Positions 14,824 through 24,708 of a stretch of 64,000 bases of DNA are shown one piece after another (within the stretch, counting starts at the first letter, position 1; each line of letters starts with the position of its first letter). A model generated the notes under the pieces. That model made no database searches, was not told the DNA's origin, and was given only the letters and a program-made list of their open reading frames with translations. The position numbers were made by a program, and so were the translations under genes. The DNA comes from Myxococcota bacterium (GTDB lineage: Bacteria; Myxococcota_A; UBA9160; UBA4427): NCBI GenBank assembly GCA_965250285.1, contig OZ252299.1, forward strand, positions 1,216,001-1,280,000, read 5' to 3'.

Positions 14824-17376
14824 ATGGGGCAGGGAGAGCGCCGAGCGAGTCGCAGACGGGGGACCGACGGCCCGGGAGCCGCGTCCGGTCTCGTCGGCGC
14901 GATGGCGGCACTGCTGCGGCCGCTCGAGTTTGCCGGCCGCGACGAGGGCCGGGCCATCGAGCGTGTGAGCGGGCTCGAGGCCAGCCTCGTCGCCGCCTGT
15001 GACGGCATTCTCGCGCACCGGCTTCCGGCCGATTTTCGACGATCCGTCGAGGGTTTACGCGCAGGCTTCGAGGCGCCACTCGAAGTCGCCGAGCGCGCCG
15101 AGCGGGTGGCCGCGGCCCTCGAGTGGCTCGCTCCGTTTCGCGAACCCGACTGGCCCGAGGGGTTTCTCGCGCGGCCGCTCTCGGTCCTCCCCGGTGTCGG
15201 GCCGAAGCGCGCCGAGGCGCTCGGGCGCCGCGGCCTCGCGCGCATCGACGATCTGCTCTTTCACCTGCCGCATCGCTACGACGATCGCCGCGCGCTCTCG
15301 GGGGTGGGCGAGCTCGAGGTCGGCCGGCGGGCGACGTTCATCGCAGAAGTACTGGTCGCCGACTACACGTCGCGGCGATCGGGCGGCCGCTCCCGGCGGG
15401 TCTTCGAAGCCGTCGTCGGAGACGGCAGCGGCACCGTCAACCTCAAGTGGTTTCGGGCCAGCGACCTGCTGGCGAAGCAGGTCAAGAAGGGCCAGTGGCT
15501 CCTCGTGACCGGAGACGTCAAGCGCTACCGCTTCTCGAAGGAGCTCGTGCATCCCGAGGTCGAGCCGATCGATCCGCCGGAGGGGGCAGCGGAGACCGTC
15601 TCGAACGAATCGCGGGCCGAGCCCGAAGCGAACCCGAACGGCACGCCGCCGACCCACCCGACCGATGGCACATCGGATCCGGCCGCTGCGGATGCGCTGC
15701 GCGCGATCGTGCCCGACTACCCGGTGCCCGACGGCGTGAACGGTCGCACCCTGCGCCGGCTCGTCGCGCAGTCGGTCGAAGAGTATGCCGACCTCGTCGA
15801 AGGGCACCTGCCGCCCGAGACCGCCGAGAAGCTGGGTCTGCCTTCGGCCGCCGACGCGCTCGTGCAGGTGCATCATCCCGACCCCGAAGCGCGCGTCGAC
15901 GACTACCGAGAGCGCGTGTCGCCGGCGCACACGCGTCTGGTGCTCGAAGAGCTCTATCTGCTCGAACTCGGTCTGGCGCTGCGACGGGGCGATCAGGCGG
16001 CGTTGCCCGGGATCGCGATGGCGCGCTCGGCGGCGGGTGAACGCGCTTCGGCCGCGTCGCTGCCGTTCGCATTGACGGGCGCCCAGGCGCGGGTCGTCGA
16101 AGAGATCCAGAGCGATCTCGCTCGGCCCTCGCCGATGAACCGATTGGTGCAGGGGGACGTGGGCAGCGGCAAGACGGCGGTTGCGCTGCTCGCCGCGGCC
16201 GCGGTGGCGCGTGCCGGACACCAGGCCGCGCTCATGGCGCCGACCGAGCTGCTCGCCGAGCAGCATGCCCGTACGATTCGCGGCCTCGTCGAGTCGGGGG
16301 GCGAAGGGCTGGGGCAGCTCCAGGTGGCCCGGCTCACGGCGTCGATGCCGAAGCCCGTGGCCGACACGGTGCGGGCGCGGCTGGCCGCCGGCGACGTCGA
16401 CCTCGTGATCGGCACCCACGCGCTCGTGCAGGAGGGCGTCGCGTTTCGCTCGCTGGGCCTCGCCGTGATCGACGAGCAGCATCGCTTCGGCGTGCGCCAG
16501 CGGGCCGCGCTCGCTCAGTCGAATGCCGACGGCCGGCATCCCCACGCGCTCGTCATGACGGCGACGCCGATCCCGCGCACCCTGGCGCTCACGCTCTACG
16601 GCGATCTCGACGTGTCGGTGATCGACGAGCTGCCGCCCGGACGCACACCCGTCGAGACGCTGCTGTTGCGGGAGGGCGAAGGGCGGCGGCTCACCGACAT
16701 GGTCCGCGCGACCGTGGATCGCGGCGAGCAGGTGTACGTCGTCTACCCGCTGGTCGAGGAGAGTGAGAAGACCGACCTGCGGTCGGCGATCGAGAGTGCG
16801 CACCGTATCCAGGCGGCCTTTCGCGACGTGAAGGTCGATCTGGTGCACGGTCGCCTCGACGCCGGGGCCCGGGCCGAGGCGATGGAGCGCTTCATTCGCG
16901 GCGAGACCCGCATCCTCGTCTCGACCACCGTGATCGAGGTCGGCGTCGACGTGCCCGCAGCCACGCTCATGGTCATCGAGCACGCCGAGCGGTTCGGGCT
17001 CGCGCAGCTGCATCAGCTGCGGGGACGGGTCGGCCGCGGCGACAAGCCGGGGCGCTGTGTGCTCGTGGCGCGGTCGAGCAGCGAGAAGAGCGAGGCGCGA
17101 TTTCGGGCCATGCTCGACACGCACAGTGGGTTCGAGATTGCGGATGCCGACCTGCGGCTACGCGGTCCGGGCGAGTTCCTCGGAACCCGCCAGAGCGGAC
17201 ATCTGCCGGATCTGCGCATCGCCGATCTCGTGCGCGACGCCGACCACGTCGCGACGGCGCGCCAGGCCGCGTGGGACACGGTCGCGCGCGACCCCGGCCT
17301 CGCCGAGCACGAGCGCGTGCGTCGCGCGGTGCTCGCGCGCTGGGGCGATCGCCTCGCGCTCGTGGGGGTCGGGTAG
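14824..17376 (+). CDS. recG: ATP-dependent DNA helicase RecG
   Basis: QGDVGSGKT, DEQHRFGV, MTATPIPRTL, QLHQLRGRVGRG, RGPGEFLGTRQSG; start 14824 or 14902. Confidence 0.96.
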   Translation: MGQGERRASRRRGTDGPGAASGLVGAMAALLRPLEFAGRDEGRAIERVSGLEASLVAACDGILAHRLPADFRRSVEGLRAGFEAPLEVAERAERVAAALEWLAPFREPDWPEGFLARPLSVLPGVGPKRAEALGRRGLARIDDLLFHLPHRYDDRRALSGVGELEVGRRATFIAEVLVADYTSRRSGGRSRRVFEAVVGDGSGTVNLKWFRASDLLAKQVKKGQWLLVTGDVKRYRFSKELVHPEVEPIDPPEGAAETVSNESRAEPEANPNGTPPTHPTDGTSDPAAADALRAIVPDYPVPDGVNGRTLRRLVAQSVEEYADLVEGHLPPETAEKLGLPSAADALVQVHHPDPEARVDDYRERVSPAHTRLVLEELYLLELGLALRRGDQAALPGIAMARSAAGERASAASLPFALTGAQARVVEEIQSDLARPSPMNRLVQGDVGSGKTAVALLAAAAVARAGHQAALMAPTELLAEQHARTIRGLVESGGEGLGQLQVARLTASMPKPVADTVRARLAAGDVDLVIGTHALVQEGVAFRSLGLAVIDEQHRFGVRQRAALAQSNADGRHPHALVMTATPIPRTLALTLYGDLDVSVIDELPPGRTPVETLLLREGEGRRLTDMVRATVDRGEQVYVVYPLVEESEKTDLRSAIESAHRIQAAFRDVKVDLVHGRLDAGARAEAMERFIRGETRILVSTTVIEVGVDVPAATLMVIEHAERFGLAQLHQLRGRVGRGDKPGRCVLVARSSSEKSEARFRAMLDTHSGFEIADADLRLRGPGEFLGTRQSGHLPDLRIADLVRDADHVATARQAAWDTVARDPGLAEHERVRRAVLARWGDRLALVGVG

Positions 17377-17477
17377 GGCGCGCAGGCGGCGCGCTCAAGG
17401 CGCGAGCGCGCATCGCCGAAGGGTCGAAGGATGGAAGGCCGCGAACGCGCCGTCATCGGCGCGCGCCGGTGGATCGC

Positions 17478-17506
17478 TTGACCCCCGCGTCGCCCTCAGG
17501 TACACC
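17478..17506 (+). promoter_or_regulatory. Sigma70-like promoter for the leu leader (probably leaderless transcript)
   Basis: TTGACC-17 nt-TACACC, with ATG 6 nt downstream. Confidence 0.55.
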
Positions 17507-17512
17507 CCGCTC

Positions 17513-17617
17513 ATGCACCGGACCGCACGCACCCTGCGCCTCGCCCTATCCCACGCCCTGCTTCTAGGCAGGGCGGGAGAGGGCCTCTGCGTCGCGGCTC
17601 CGATCCCCGCTCGCTGA
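17513..17617 (+). CDS. Putative leucine leader peptide (34 aa, MHRTARTLRLALSHALLLGRAGEGLCVAAPIPAR)
   Basis: 7 Leu codons including a CTG-CTT-CTA run and a second CTA (rare in this GC-rich DNA); upstream of leuA. Confidence 0.65.
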   Translation: MHRTARTLRLALSHALLLGRAGEGLCVAAPIPAR

Positions 17618-17783
17618 CGCTGCGTTTCTGCGCGGTGCCCAGAGCGAGCGGGCCTCGACCCCGGACACGGACGATCTGCCCACGGACCCGAGCCTTCGGG
17701 ACGTTCAGGCACGACGTGCGATTCGAGATCGAGTGAGATGAGACCGACGACCCGGGAACGTCGCACGGTGTGACGATCCCCGA

Positions 17784-17830
17784 CCGAAGCCCCCTCCTGC
17801 CGCAGCCGGCTGGAGGGGGCTTCGGCGTTT
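17784..17830 (+). terminator. Putative attenuator hairpin in the leuA leader
   Basis: 14-bp stem CCGAAGCCCCCTCC / GGAGGGGGCTTCGG followed by CGTTT. Confidence 0.55.
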
Positions 17831-17928
17831 CGGGGCGGGATCGACCGCTGCGAGGTGCCGGGCTGGCCGGCCGGAGCGGCGCGAGGAGGGCGAACGAGAA
17901 CGCAGCACGAACGAGACAGGAGCAACCG

Positions 17929-19644
17929 ATGAAGACCGAGCCTCGCATGGACGCGCGCCGCTACGCCGCGGCCCCCGTCCTCGACCGAAGCGACCGACGC
18001 TGGCCGGGTCGCACACTGACGCGGCCGCCCAGGTGGTGCAGCGTCGATCTGCGCGACGGCAACCAGGCCCTCGCCCTGCCGATGGGCCTCGACCGCAAGC
18101 ACCGATTCTTCGATCTGCTCGTCGGCCTCGGCCTGCGCGAGATCGAGGTCGGCTATCCGGCGGCCTCGCAGATCGAGTGGGATTTCGTGCGCGCGCTCGT
18201 CGAGGCCGATCGAGTGCCCGAGGACGTCCGGATGCAGGTGCTCACCGCGGCGCGCCCCGATCTGATCGATCGCACCTTGGATTCGGTCGAAGGGGCGCGC
18301 GAGGCGATCGTGCATCTCTACAACTCGACCTCGACGGTGCAGCGGCGGGTCGTGTTCGAGATGGGCCGCGCCGGCGTGAAGGCGCTCGCCGTGCGCGGCG
18401 CGGAGCAGATTCGTGCGCGCGCCGAGCGGATGCCGGGGACGCGCATCACGCTCGAGTACTCGCCCGAGTCGTACACCGGCACCGAGGACGACTTTGCGCT
18501 CGAGATCTGTGAGGCCGTGGCCGAAGTCTGGTCGCCCTCGGCCGAGCGGCCGATGATCGTCAATCTGCCAGCGACGGTCGAATCGACGATGCCGAACGTG
18601 TTCGCCGACCGCATCGAGTGGTTCGGCGATCACTTCTCGTGGCGCGACGCGGTGACGCTCTCGGTGCATCCGCACAACGATCGGGGCACGGCCGTCGCTG
18701 CGGCCGAAATGGCGCTGCTCGCCGGTGCCGATCGCGTCGAGGGCACGCTCTTCGGCAACGGCGAGCGCACGGGCAACGTCGACCTCGTGACGCTGGCGCT
18801 CAATCTCTACACCCAGGGCGTCGATCCCGGGGTCGACCTCTCCGACCTCGACCGCGTCGTGGCCGAGGTGGAGCACTGCAATCGCATGCCGGTGCCCGCG
18901 CGTCATCCCTACGCAGGTGAGCTCGTGTACACCGCCTTCAGCGGCTCGCACCAGGATGCGGTGAAGAAGGGCCTCGCGGCCCTCGCGCGCGAGACGAGCC
19001 CGACATGGGACGTGCCCTACCTGCCGATCGACCCGGCCGACGTCGGCCGCAGCTACGAAGAAGTGATTCGCGTCAATGCCCAGAGTGGCAAGGGCGGGAT
19101 CGCTTACCTGATGGAGCGCGACCACGGTCTCACGTTGCCGCGCTTCGTGCAGGTCGACTTCGCACGCCACGTGCAACGCATCGCCGATGCGAACGGCGAC
19201 GAGATCACGAGCCGAGTGCTCGGTGAGATCTTCGAACGCACGTACCTCGGCGAGGCGGCCCCGGTGCGGCTGCTCGAAGTCGAGACCTTCAGTCGGGTCG
19301 AGCCCGGTGAGGCGGCGTGCCGCATCGGTGCGTGGCTCGAGCTGCACGGGCACAAGTGCCGGGTCGAGGGGGAAGGGCGGGGGCCGATCGACGCGTGGAC
19401 CCACGCGCTCGATGCGGCCGGTGTGCCGTGCAGCGTGGTCGACTATCACGAGCAGGCGCTCGGAGCCGGCGCCGACGCCAGCGCGATCGCGTTCGTCTCG
19501 GTCGAGCGGGCCGCAGGCGGGCGCCATGTCGGCGTGGGTCGCGGCCCGGACATCGTGCGCGCCTCGCTCGAAGCGATCGTTCGGGCGCTGGCCGACGAGG
19601 TGCGCGGCATCGATCGACCGTCGGCCGGCGACGCGGGCGCGTGA
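17929..19644 (+). CDS. leuA: 2-isopropylmalate synthase (yeast/actinobacterial type)
   Basis: WCSVDLRDGNQAL, EYSPESY, SVHPHNDRGT, LFGNGERTGNVD, FSGSHQDA, IRVNAQSGKGG; AGGAG RBS. Confidence 0.96.
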   Translation: MKTEPRMDARRYAAAPVLDRSDRRWPGRTLTRPPRWCSVDLRDGNQALALPMGLDRKHRFFDLLVGLGLREIEVGYPAASQIEWDFVRALVEADRVPEDVRMQVLTAARPDLIDRTLDSVEGAREAIVHLYNSTSTVQRRVVFEMGRAGVKALAVRGAEQIRARAERMPGTRITLEYSPESYTGTEDDFALEICEAVAEVWSPSAERPMIVNLPATVESTMPNVFADRIEWFGDHFSWRDAVTLSVHPHNDRGTAVAAAEMALLAGADRVEGTLFGNGERTGNVDLVTLALNLYTQGVDPGVDLSDLDRVVAEVEHCNRMPVPARHPYAGELVYTAFSGSHQDAVKKGLAALARETSPTWDVPYLPIDPADVGRSYEEVIRVNAQSGKGGIAYLMERDHGLTLPRFVQVDFARHVQRIADANGDEITSRVLGEIFERTYLGEAAPVRLLEVETFSRVEPGEAACRIGAWLELHGHKCRVEGEGRGPIDAWTHALDAAGVPCSVVDYHEQALGAGADASAIAFVSVERAAGGRHVGVGRGPDIVRASLEAIVRALADEVRGIDRPSAGDAGA

Positions 19645-19948
19645 GCGAACGGGACGCCCGAGCCGGGTTGGGGGGCCGGCTCGGGCGACCTGCTGCGCCC
19701 GGGGCGTTGGGCCGGGCGCTCGCGTTCCGGTGCAGTTCGAGGGAACCCCACGGTGCCCGGCTCGGTCCAACGTCTGGGCGGATCGCGCGCGCGAGGGTGC
19801 GCCGGCCGCCCGGATGCCCGCCTACACGGGCTGTGCGAAAGTCGGGGGCCATTCCTCGCCACTCCTGCTGCTCGGCCGCCGGTGGGCGGTACCGGGCCCG
19901 AATCAGGCCGGCACCGTGCCGGTATGGACGACCCGCCGGAAGAATTCG

Positions 19949-22792
19949 ATGCGCCCCCGACCGACCGCAAAGCTCCTGCTCGCGTGCCTGCCGATGCTCA
20001 TCGCCGGTGCCGCTGGTGCGGATCCCTGGGTGAACCCGGGTGGACCGACCGAGGCCATCTGCGACGTATCGCACGTGGCCGAAGATCAGTCCGGCCAGTC
20101 GGCGGTCGACTTCGTCTTCGACGGCGTGCCGTTCACCGCGGCCAACCTGACGAACGTCGACTTCAAGGGCGCCTCGCTGATCTGCATCCCCGAGACCAAC
20201 GGCTGGTCGTGCGACGGCCGCTGCGTCGACTTCTCGGCGGCCCTGCTCGACGGCGCCCAGTTCCAGCGGGCCGATGCGACGGGGGCGAGCTTCGTCGGCA
20301 GCGACGCCCCGAACGCCGCGTTCTCGGGTGCGACGCTCGTCGACGCTCAGTTTCTGGGGGCCAAGCTCCGCGGCACGAGCTGGGACGGCGCCAACGCGTC
20401 GGGTGCCCGCTTCGACCAGGCCGACCTCACGGATGCGCGCGCGCTCGAGGGCGACGCGACCGACTTCTCGGGGGCGAGTCTCCAGGGGGCCACGCTGCTG
20501 CGCATCGACTTCGGCGGGAGCAACACGACGCAGCGCGTCTCGTTCACCGGCGCCGACTTGAGCCGCAGTACGAGCGACTGCCGCTACACCGAAGTCAGCG
20601 GGTCGGACGGGACGACCACCGAGGTCAGTGACTGCCCCGACTTCAGCTTTGCCGACTTCACGGGCGCCGATCTGCGCAGCGCCGTATGGCGCGGGGCCGA
20701 CCTGGGTGGTGCCGACTTCAGCGGGGCCTCGACCCGGTTCGACAACGCCCGCTTCGACGACGTCGATCTGACCAGCGAAGGGAGTGCAGGCGCCGATTTC
20801 ACCGGCGCCGTGCTGACGAACATGGCCCTGCGCGAGGCCATCTTCATCGATCAGAGCGACTTCGACATGATGGTGCGCAGCGCGACATTCGCCGGCGCGA
20901 GCCTGGCCCGGGCCGATCTGTCGGACGGTCAGCTGTGCTTCCCGTTCACGTTCGACGAAGACGAAGAAGATCCGGCCGCAGACGATGCGGCGGACATGGA
21001 CGACGCCGATTCGGTCGCCGATGCCGACGAGCCCATCCGCTGCGATGAAGCGCCCTATACCGACGTCGTGTGTGTCGACTGGGTCGACACCGCAGGGGGC
21101 GGGGCCGCGTCGATCGCCGACCGCTCGCTGGCGCAGTCGACGCTCGTGGGCGTCTGGGCGCCCGGGATCGACTTCACGCAGTTCACGCTGAGCGGCGCCG
21201 ACCTGCGCCTGATCGAGATGCCCTGCGCGACCCTCGAGGGCGCCGACCTGACCGACACGTTGATCGACGGCGCGAACTTCGCCGGCGCCTCGTTCGTGCT
21301 CGCGGCCGGGGGGGGCGGCGCCGATCTGCCCGCCGATCTGAGTCGCGCGGCGGGCGCATGCATCTTTCCGCCGGCCGAAGGCGACACTCAGCCCGACCCG
21401 CTGTGCCCGCGCTTCGACGAGGCCCTGCTCGAAGGCGTGTCGTTCACGTCGGGCATCATCGACGGGGGCACCTTCGTGGGCGCCCAGCTCGCGGGCGCCG
21501 ACTTCTCGAGCCTGCGGAACCTGTGTCAGCAGCTGCCGGTCGACCCAGACCAGAACGAGGGGCTGACCACGCGGACGTTTTGCAACGACTACACCGGCGC
21601 CGATCTTGGTCCCGATTCATCGGGCACCCCCGCGCGGTTCACCGGCGCTTCGATGGTCGGGCCGATCTTCGATTCGGCGACGGCCGATCAGCTCGTGCTG
21701 AACGAGATGCAGACCGACTGCATCGCCGGGCAGCTCCCCGGTGACGAAGAGGGCACCGTCGTCAGTCACGTCTTCTGCGCGAGCTTCTTCGACACGACGA
21801 TCACGCGGGCCGACTTCAGCGATGCTTCGCTCTTCCAGGCGCGCTTCGGCTGCCTCGACGAGAGCGGCGACGGGCCGCCCGTGTGGGCGTGCAGCGACGT
21901 GCGCGGCAGTGTCTTCGAGCGCGCCGAGCTCTCGGGCTCGCAGTGGGTCGGACCGGTCGACCTGACGAACTTCGATGCGGGCACACCCACCGACCTGGCG
22001 AACGCCCGCCTCGACCAGGCACTCATCACGTGCCAGGGCACGACCTACACCATGACCGTCGACGATGAGGACGTCGTGATGGCCGAAGCCCGTTGCCCGC
22101 AGTTCGCCGGCGCGGTCATGACGCCGGGCCTCGACCTCTCGGATGCGAGCGTGCTCGGCATCGATTGGTCGAACCAGGATCTGACAGGGGCCGATCTCTC
22201 CGGCGCGACGCTCGGCTGCTTCGTCTACACCTACGAAGACGCCGCCGGCGAGTCGCAGTCCCTCGACCCGATCTGCACCGAGCTCGCTGGTGCGACGCTC
22301 GTCGACGTCGACCTCACAGACGTCGAGATCGACGCCGACATCTCGCTTGCGGGGCTCGCGCTCTCGGGCGCCGATCTCACGCGCGCCGATCTGCGCGGGA
22401 TCGACCTATCGGGCGCCGATCTGAGCGGCAGCAACCTCGAGGATGCGCTGATGGACGCGGATACCCGGTTCAATGCCGGCTACGAGCCCGATCCCGATGC
22501 CAGCGCCGAGCAGAAGAAAGAAGACTGTACCCTCGAGGCGGGCGAGATCGCGACCGACGTTCGCGGTGCCCACCTGGGTGGCGTGAACTTCACGCCGGTC
22601 GTCGACTTCGGCGGCGAGTGCATCCTGTACGACGTGTACACGACGTACACGGCACAGACGCAGGGCCTCACCGAGACCGAGCGGCGTGGGATGACGCTGG
22701 TGCCCGAGCCGGGCGCGCTCGTCTCTCAGCTGGCCGCGCTGCTGACCCTCGGGCTCATCGCTCGCCGCGGCCACGTGAGCCGCCGAGGCTGA
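19949..22792 (+). CDS. Secreted pentapeptide-repeat protein with C-terminal PEP-CTERM sorting signal (947 aa)
   Basis: Signal peptide MRPRPTAKLLLACLPMLIAGAAGA; many A(D/N)(L/F)xx repeats; ends VPEPGALVSQLAALLTLGLIARRGHVSRRG. Confidence 0.88.
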   Translation: MRPRPTAKLLLACLPMLIAGAAGADPWVNPGGPTEAICDVSHVAEDQSGQSAVDFVFDGVPFTAANLTNVDFKGASLICIPETNGWSCDGRCVDFSAALLDGAQFQRADATGASFVGSDAPNAAFSGATLVDAQFLGAKLRGTSWDGANASGARFDQADLTDARALEGDATDFSGASLQGATLLRIDFGGSNTTQRVSFTGADLSRSTSDCRYTEVSGSDGTTTEVSDCPDFSFADFTGADLRSAVWRGADLGGADFSGASTRFDNARFDDVDLTSEGSAGADFTGAVLTNMALREAIFIDQSDFDMMVRSATFAGASLARADLSDGQLCFPFTFDEDEEDPAADDAADMDDADSVADADEPIRCDEAPYTDVVCVDWVDTAGGGAASIADRSLAQSTLVGVWAPGIDFTQFTLSGADLRLIEMPCATLEGADLTDTLIDGANFAGASFVLAAGGGGADLPADLSRAAGACIFPPAEGDTQPDPLCPRFDEALLEGVSFTSGIIDGGTFVGAQLAGADFSSLRNLCQQLPVDPDQNEGLTTRTFCNDYTGADLGPDSSGTPARFTGASMVGPIFDSATADQLVLNEMQTDCIAGQLPGDEEGTVVSHVFCASFFDTTITRADFSDASLFQARFGCLDESGDGPPVWACSDVRGSVFERAELSGSQWVGPVDLTNFDAGTPTDLANARLDQALITCQGTTYTMTVDDEDVVMAEARCPQFAGAVMTPGLDLSDASVLGIDWSNQDLTGADLSGATLGCFVYTYEDAAGESQSLDPICTELAGATLVDVDLTDVEIDADISLAGLALSGADLTRADLRGIDLSGADLSGSNLEDALMDADTRFNAGYEPDPDASAEQKKEDCTLEAGEIATDVRGAHLGGVNFTPVVDFGGECILYDVYTTYTAQTQGLTETERRGMTLVPEPGALVSQLAALLTLGLIARRGHVSRRG

Positions 22793-22846
22793 GCCGCGCA
22801 CCGGGCCGCGCCGCATGGGCCCAGCCGCGCGTGCGCCGGCGTCGCA

Positions 22847-24400
22847 TCAGCCGAGCACCATCTCGATGAGGCGCGGCCCCTTGCTCTGCATCGCGCTGGG
22901 CAGCGCCTTGGCGAGCTCCTCGACGGTTTCGACTCGCTCGGCATCGACGCCGAAGCCCCGCGCGAGGCTGACCCAGTCGAGAGCCGGCGGGCCGAGTTCG
23001 GTGAGCGCCCGAGCCTGTGGCCCGGGCTCGATCACACCCGAGCGGCCGAGCTCGACCTGCAGGATGCGATAGCTGCGATTCGAGCAGAGCAGCGTGAGCA
23101 CGTCGAGGCCCTCCCGGGCCTGTGTCCAGAGCGATTGCACGGTGTAGAGCCCGCTTCCATCTGCCTGGAAGTCGATCACCTTGCGATCGGGGCAGGCGAT
23201 GGCGGCGCCCGTCGCGCACGGCGGGCCCTGGCCGATCGCGCCGCCGGTCAGCGACATCACCGTGTGTCTGGGCACGTCCCGCTTGTGCAGGTAGAAGGGG
23301 AGGCTGCTCGTCGCCGCTTCTTCGACCACGATCGCATCGCTCGGCAGATGGCGCGCCAGGAGCCCCCCCACCGCCGCGACGTCGAGGGCGCCGCTCTCGG
23401 CAACGGGCACCATCGGCGGGGTCGGCAGGGCTTCGCCGCCCGGACCCATCGCGTCGGCGAGCGCCTCGAGCGCCTCGCCCGCCGCCTCTTCGGGCTCGGC
23501 GAGGCTCACGAGCCGGTCGGCTTCGACGATCTCGCTTCGCCCGCCGCGGTACCCGAAGAACGCCACCGGATCGCGTGTGCCCGCCAGCACCACGATCGGC
23601 GCCGGCGCGAGCGCTTCGGTGGCCTGCTCGGGGAAGTAGGGCAGGCGATCGAATGCGGGCAGGGCGCCACCGCGCTCCCAACGCGCAGGGAACGTCTCGA
23701 CCATCACGCGCACGCCATGCGCCGTGAGGCGCTCGGCTGCGACCAGGCCGGTCTCGTCGAGTGCCCGACCACCGAGGAGCAGCGCGGGCTCGCCCTTCGA
23801 CTTGGCCTCGCGCAGCCGCTCGGCCACCCGCTCGACGCGGGTCGATGTCACGCTGCGGGGCGGCCGAATGCCGCCGGCCGGCAGATGAGCAGGCCCGGAC
23901 GACTCTTCCCACTGATGATCGACGGGCACGATGAGGCTGGCCGGACCGCGCTCGCCCGACTGCGACGCGACGATCGCGTCGAGCGTTTGCTGCGGGAGCT
24001 CGACGGCCGACTCACTCGTACCGACCCAGGTCGAGACCGGAACGGCGAGCGACGTGATGTCGCTGGTCAGGGGCGCATCGGCGGCCAGATGCCAGCTCGC
24101 CTGATCACCGATGACGTTGAGCACCGGGCTGCGGGCGCGCCGCGCATTGTGGAGGTTCGCGATGCCATTGGCGAAGCCCGGCCCGAGATGCAGGATCGTC
24201 ATCGCGGGGCGGCCCGTCATGCGTGCGTAGCCGTCTGCGGCGCCGGTGCACACGCCTTCGAAGAGGCCGAGGACGGCGCGCATCCCGGGCACGTCGTCGA
24301 GCGCGGCCACGAGGGGCATCTCGGTCGTGCCCGGGTTTGCGAAGCACACATCGACCCCGCAGCTGAGGGCGGTCTTCACCAGACACTCGGCGCCGTTCAT
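22847..24400 (-). CDS. Acetolactate synthase large subunit-like TPP-dependent enzyme
   Basis: FANPGTTEMP, LFEGVCTGAADGYAR, HLGPGFANG, TGGAIGQG, QADGSGLYT. Confidence 0.9.
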   Translation of the reverse strand: MNGAECLVKTALSCGVDVCFANPGTTEMPLVAALDDVPGMRAVLGLFEGVCTGAADGYARMTGRPAMTILHLGPGFANGIANLHNARRARSPVLNVIGDQASWHLAADAPLTSDITSLAVPVSTWVGTSESAVELPQQTLDAIVASQSGERGPASLIVPVDHQWEESSGPAHLPAGGIRPPRSVTSTRVERVAERLREAKSKGEPALLLGGRALDETGLVAAERLTAHGVRVMVETFPARWERGGALPAFDRLPYFPEQATEALAPAPIVVLAGTRDPVAFFGYRGGRSEIVEADRLVSLAEPEEAAGEALEALADAMGPGGEALPTPPMVPVAESGALDVAAVGGLLARHLPSDAIVVEEAATSSLPFYLHKRDVPRHTVMSLTGGAIGQGPPCATGAAIACPDRKVIDFQADGSGLYTVQSLWTQAREGLDVLTLLCSNRSYRILQVELGRSGVIEPGPQARALTELGPPALDWVSLARGFGVDAERVETVEELAKALPSAMQSKGPRLIEMVLG

Positions 24401-24708
24401 GGGCTTCTCACTCTCCGTTGGCTGCGCGACCTGTGCGTGGATCGGCTCGGGCGCCAGGGGTGCCGGCCGGCCCGAGCGCGGTGCACCGACCTCGCGATCA
24501 TGGCACTGAAGGGAGGGCGGCGCATGGCGCGGCGGTCGAGGCGCTCCGCGCCGATCTCGGCCCGGTCGCGCCTCGGCGTGAGCCGGCCTTCGCCCCCGCC
24601 GGCCTGGTCCAGTGGTCGGGGCTCGCCGACGGCACTGCGGCCGGTGGCCCCCACGCGGTGGAGCGTGCGGGAGGGCAAGCGGCGGCGGTCATGTAGAGTC
24701 GTCGGCCG

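Noticed and set aside
19187..19948. N-terminal extension giving a 1201-aa pentapeptide ORF
   Set aside because: Overlaps leuA and is Arg/Pro/Ser-rich noise; the signal peptide begins at ATG 19949
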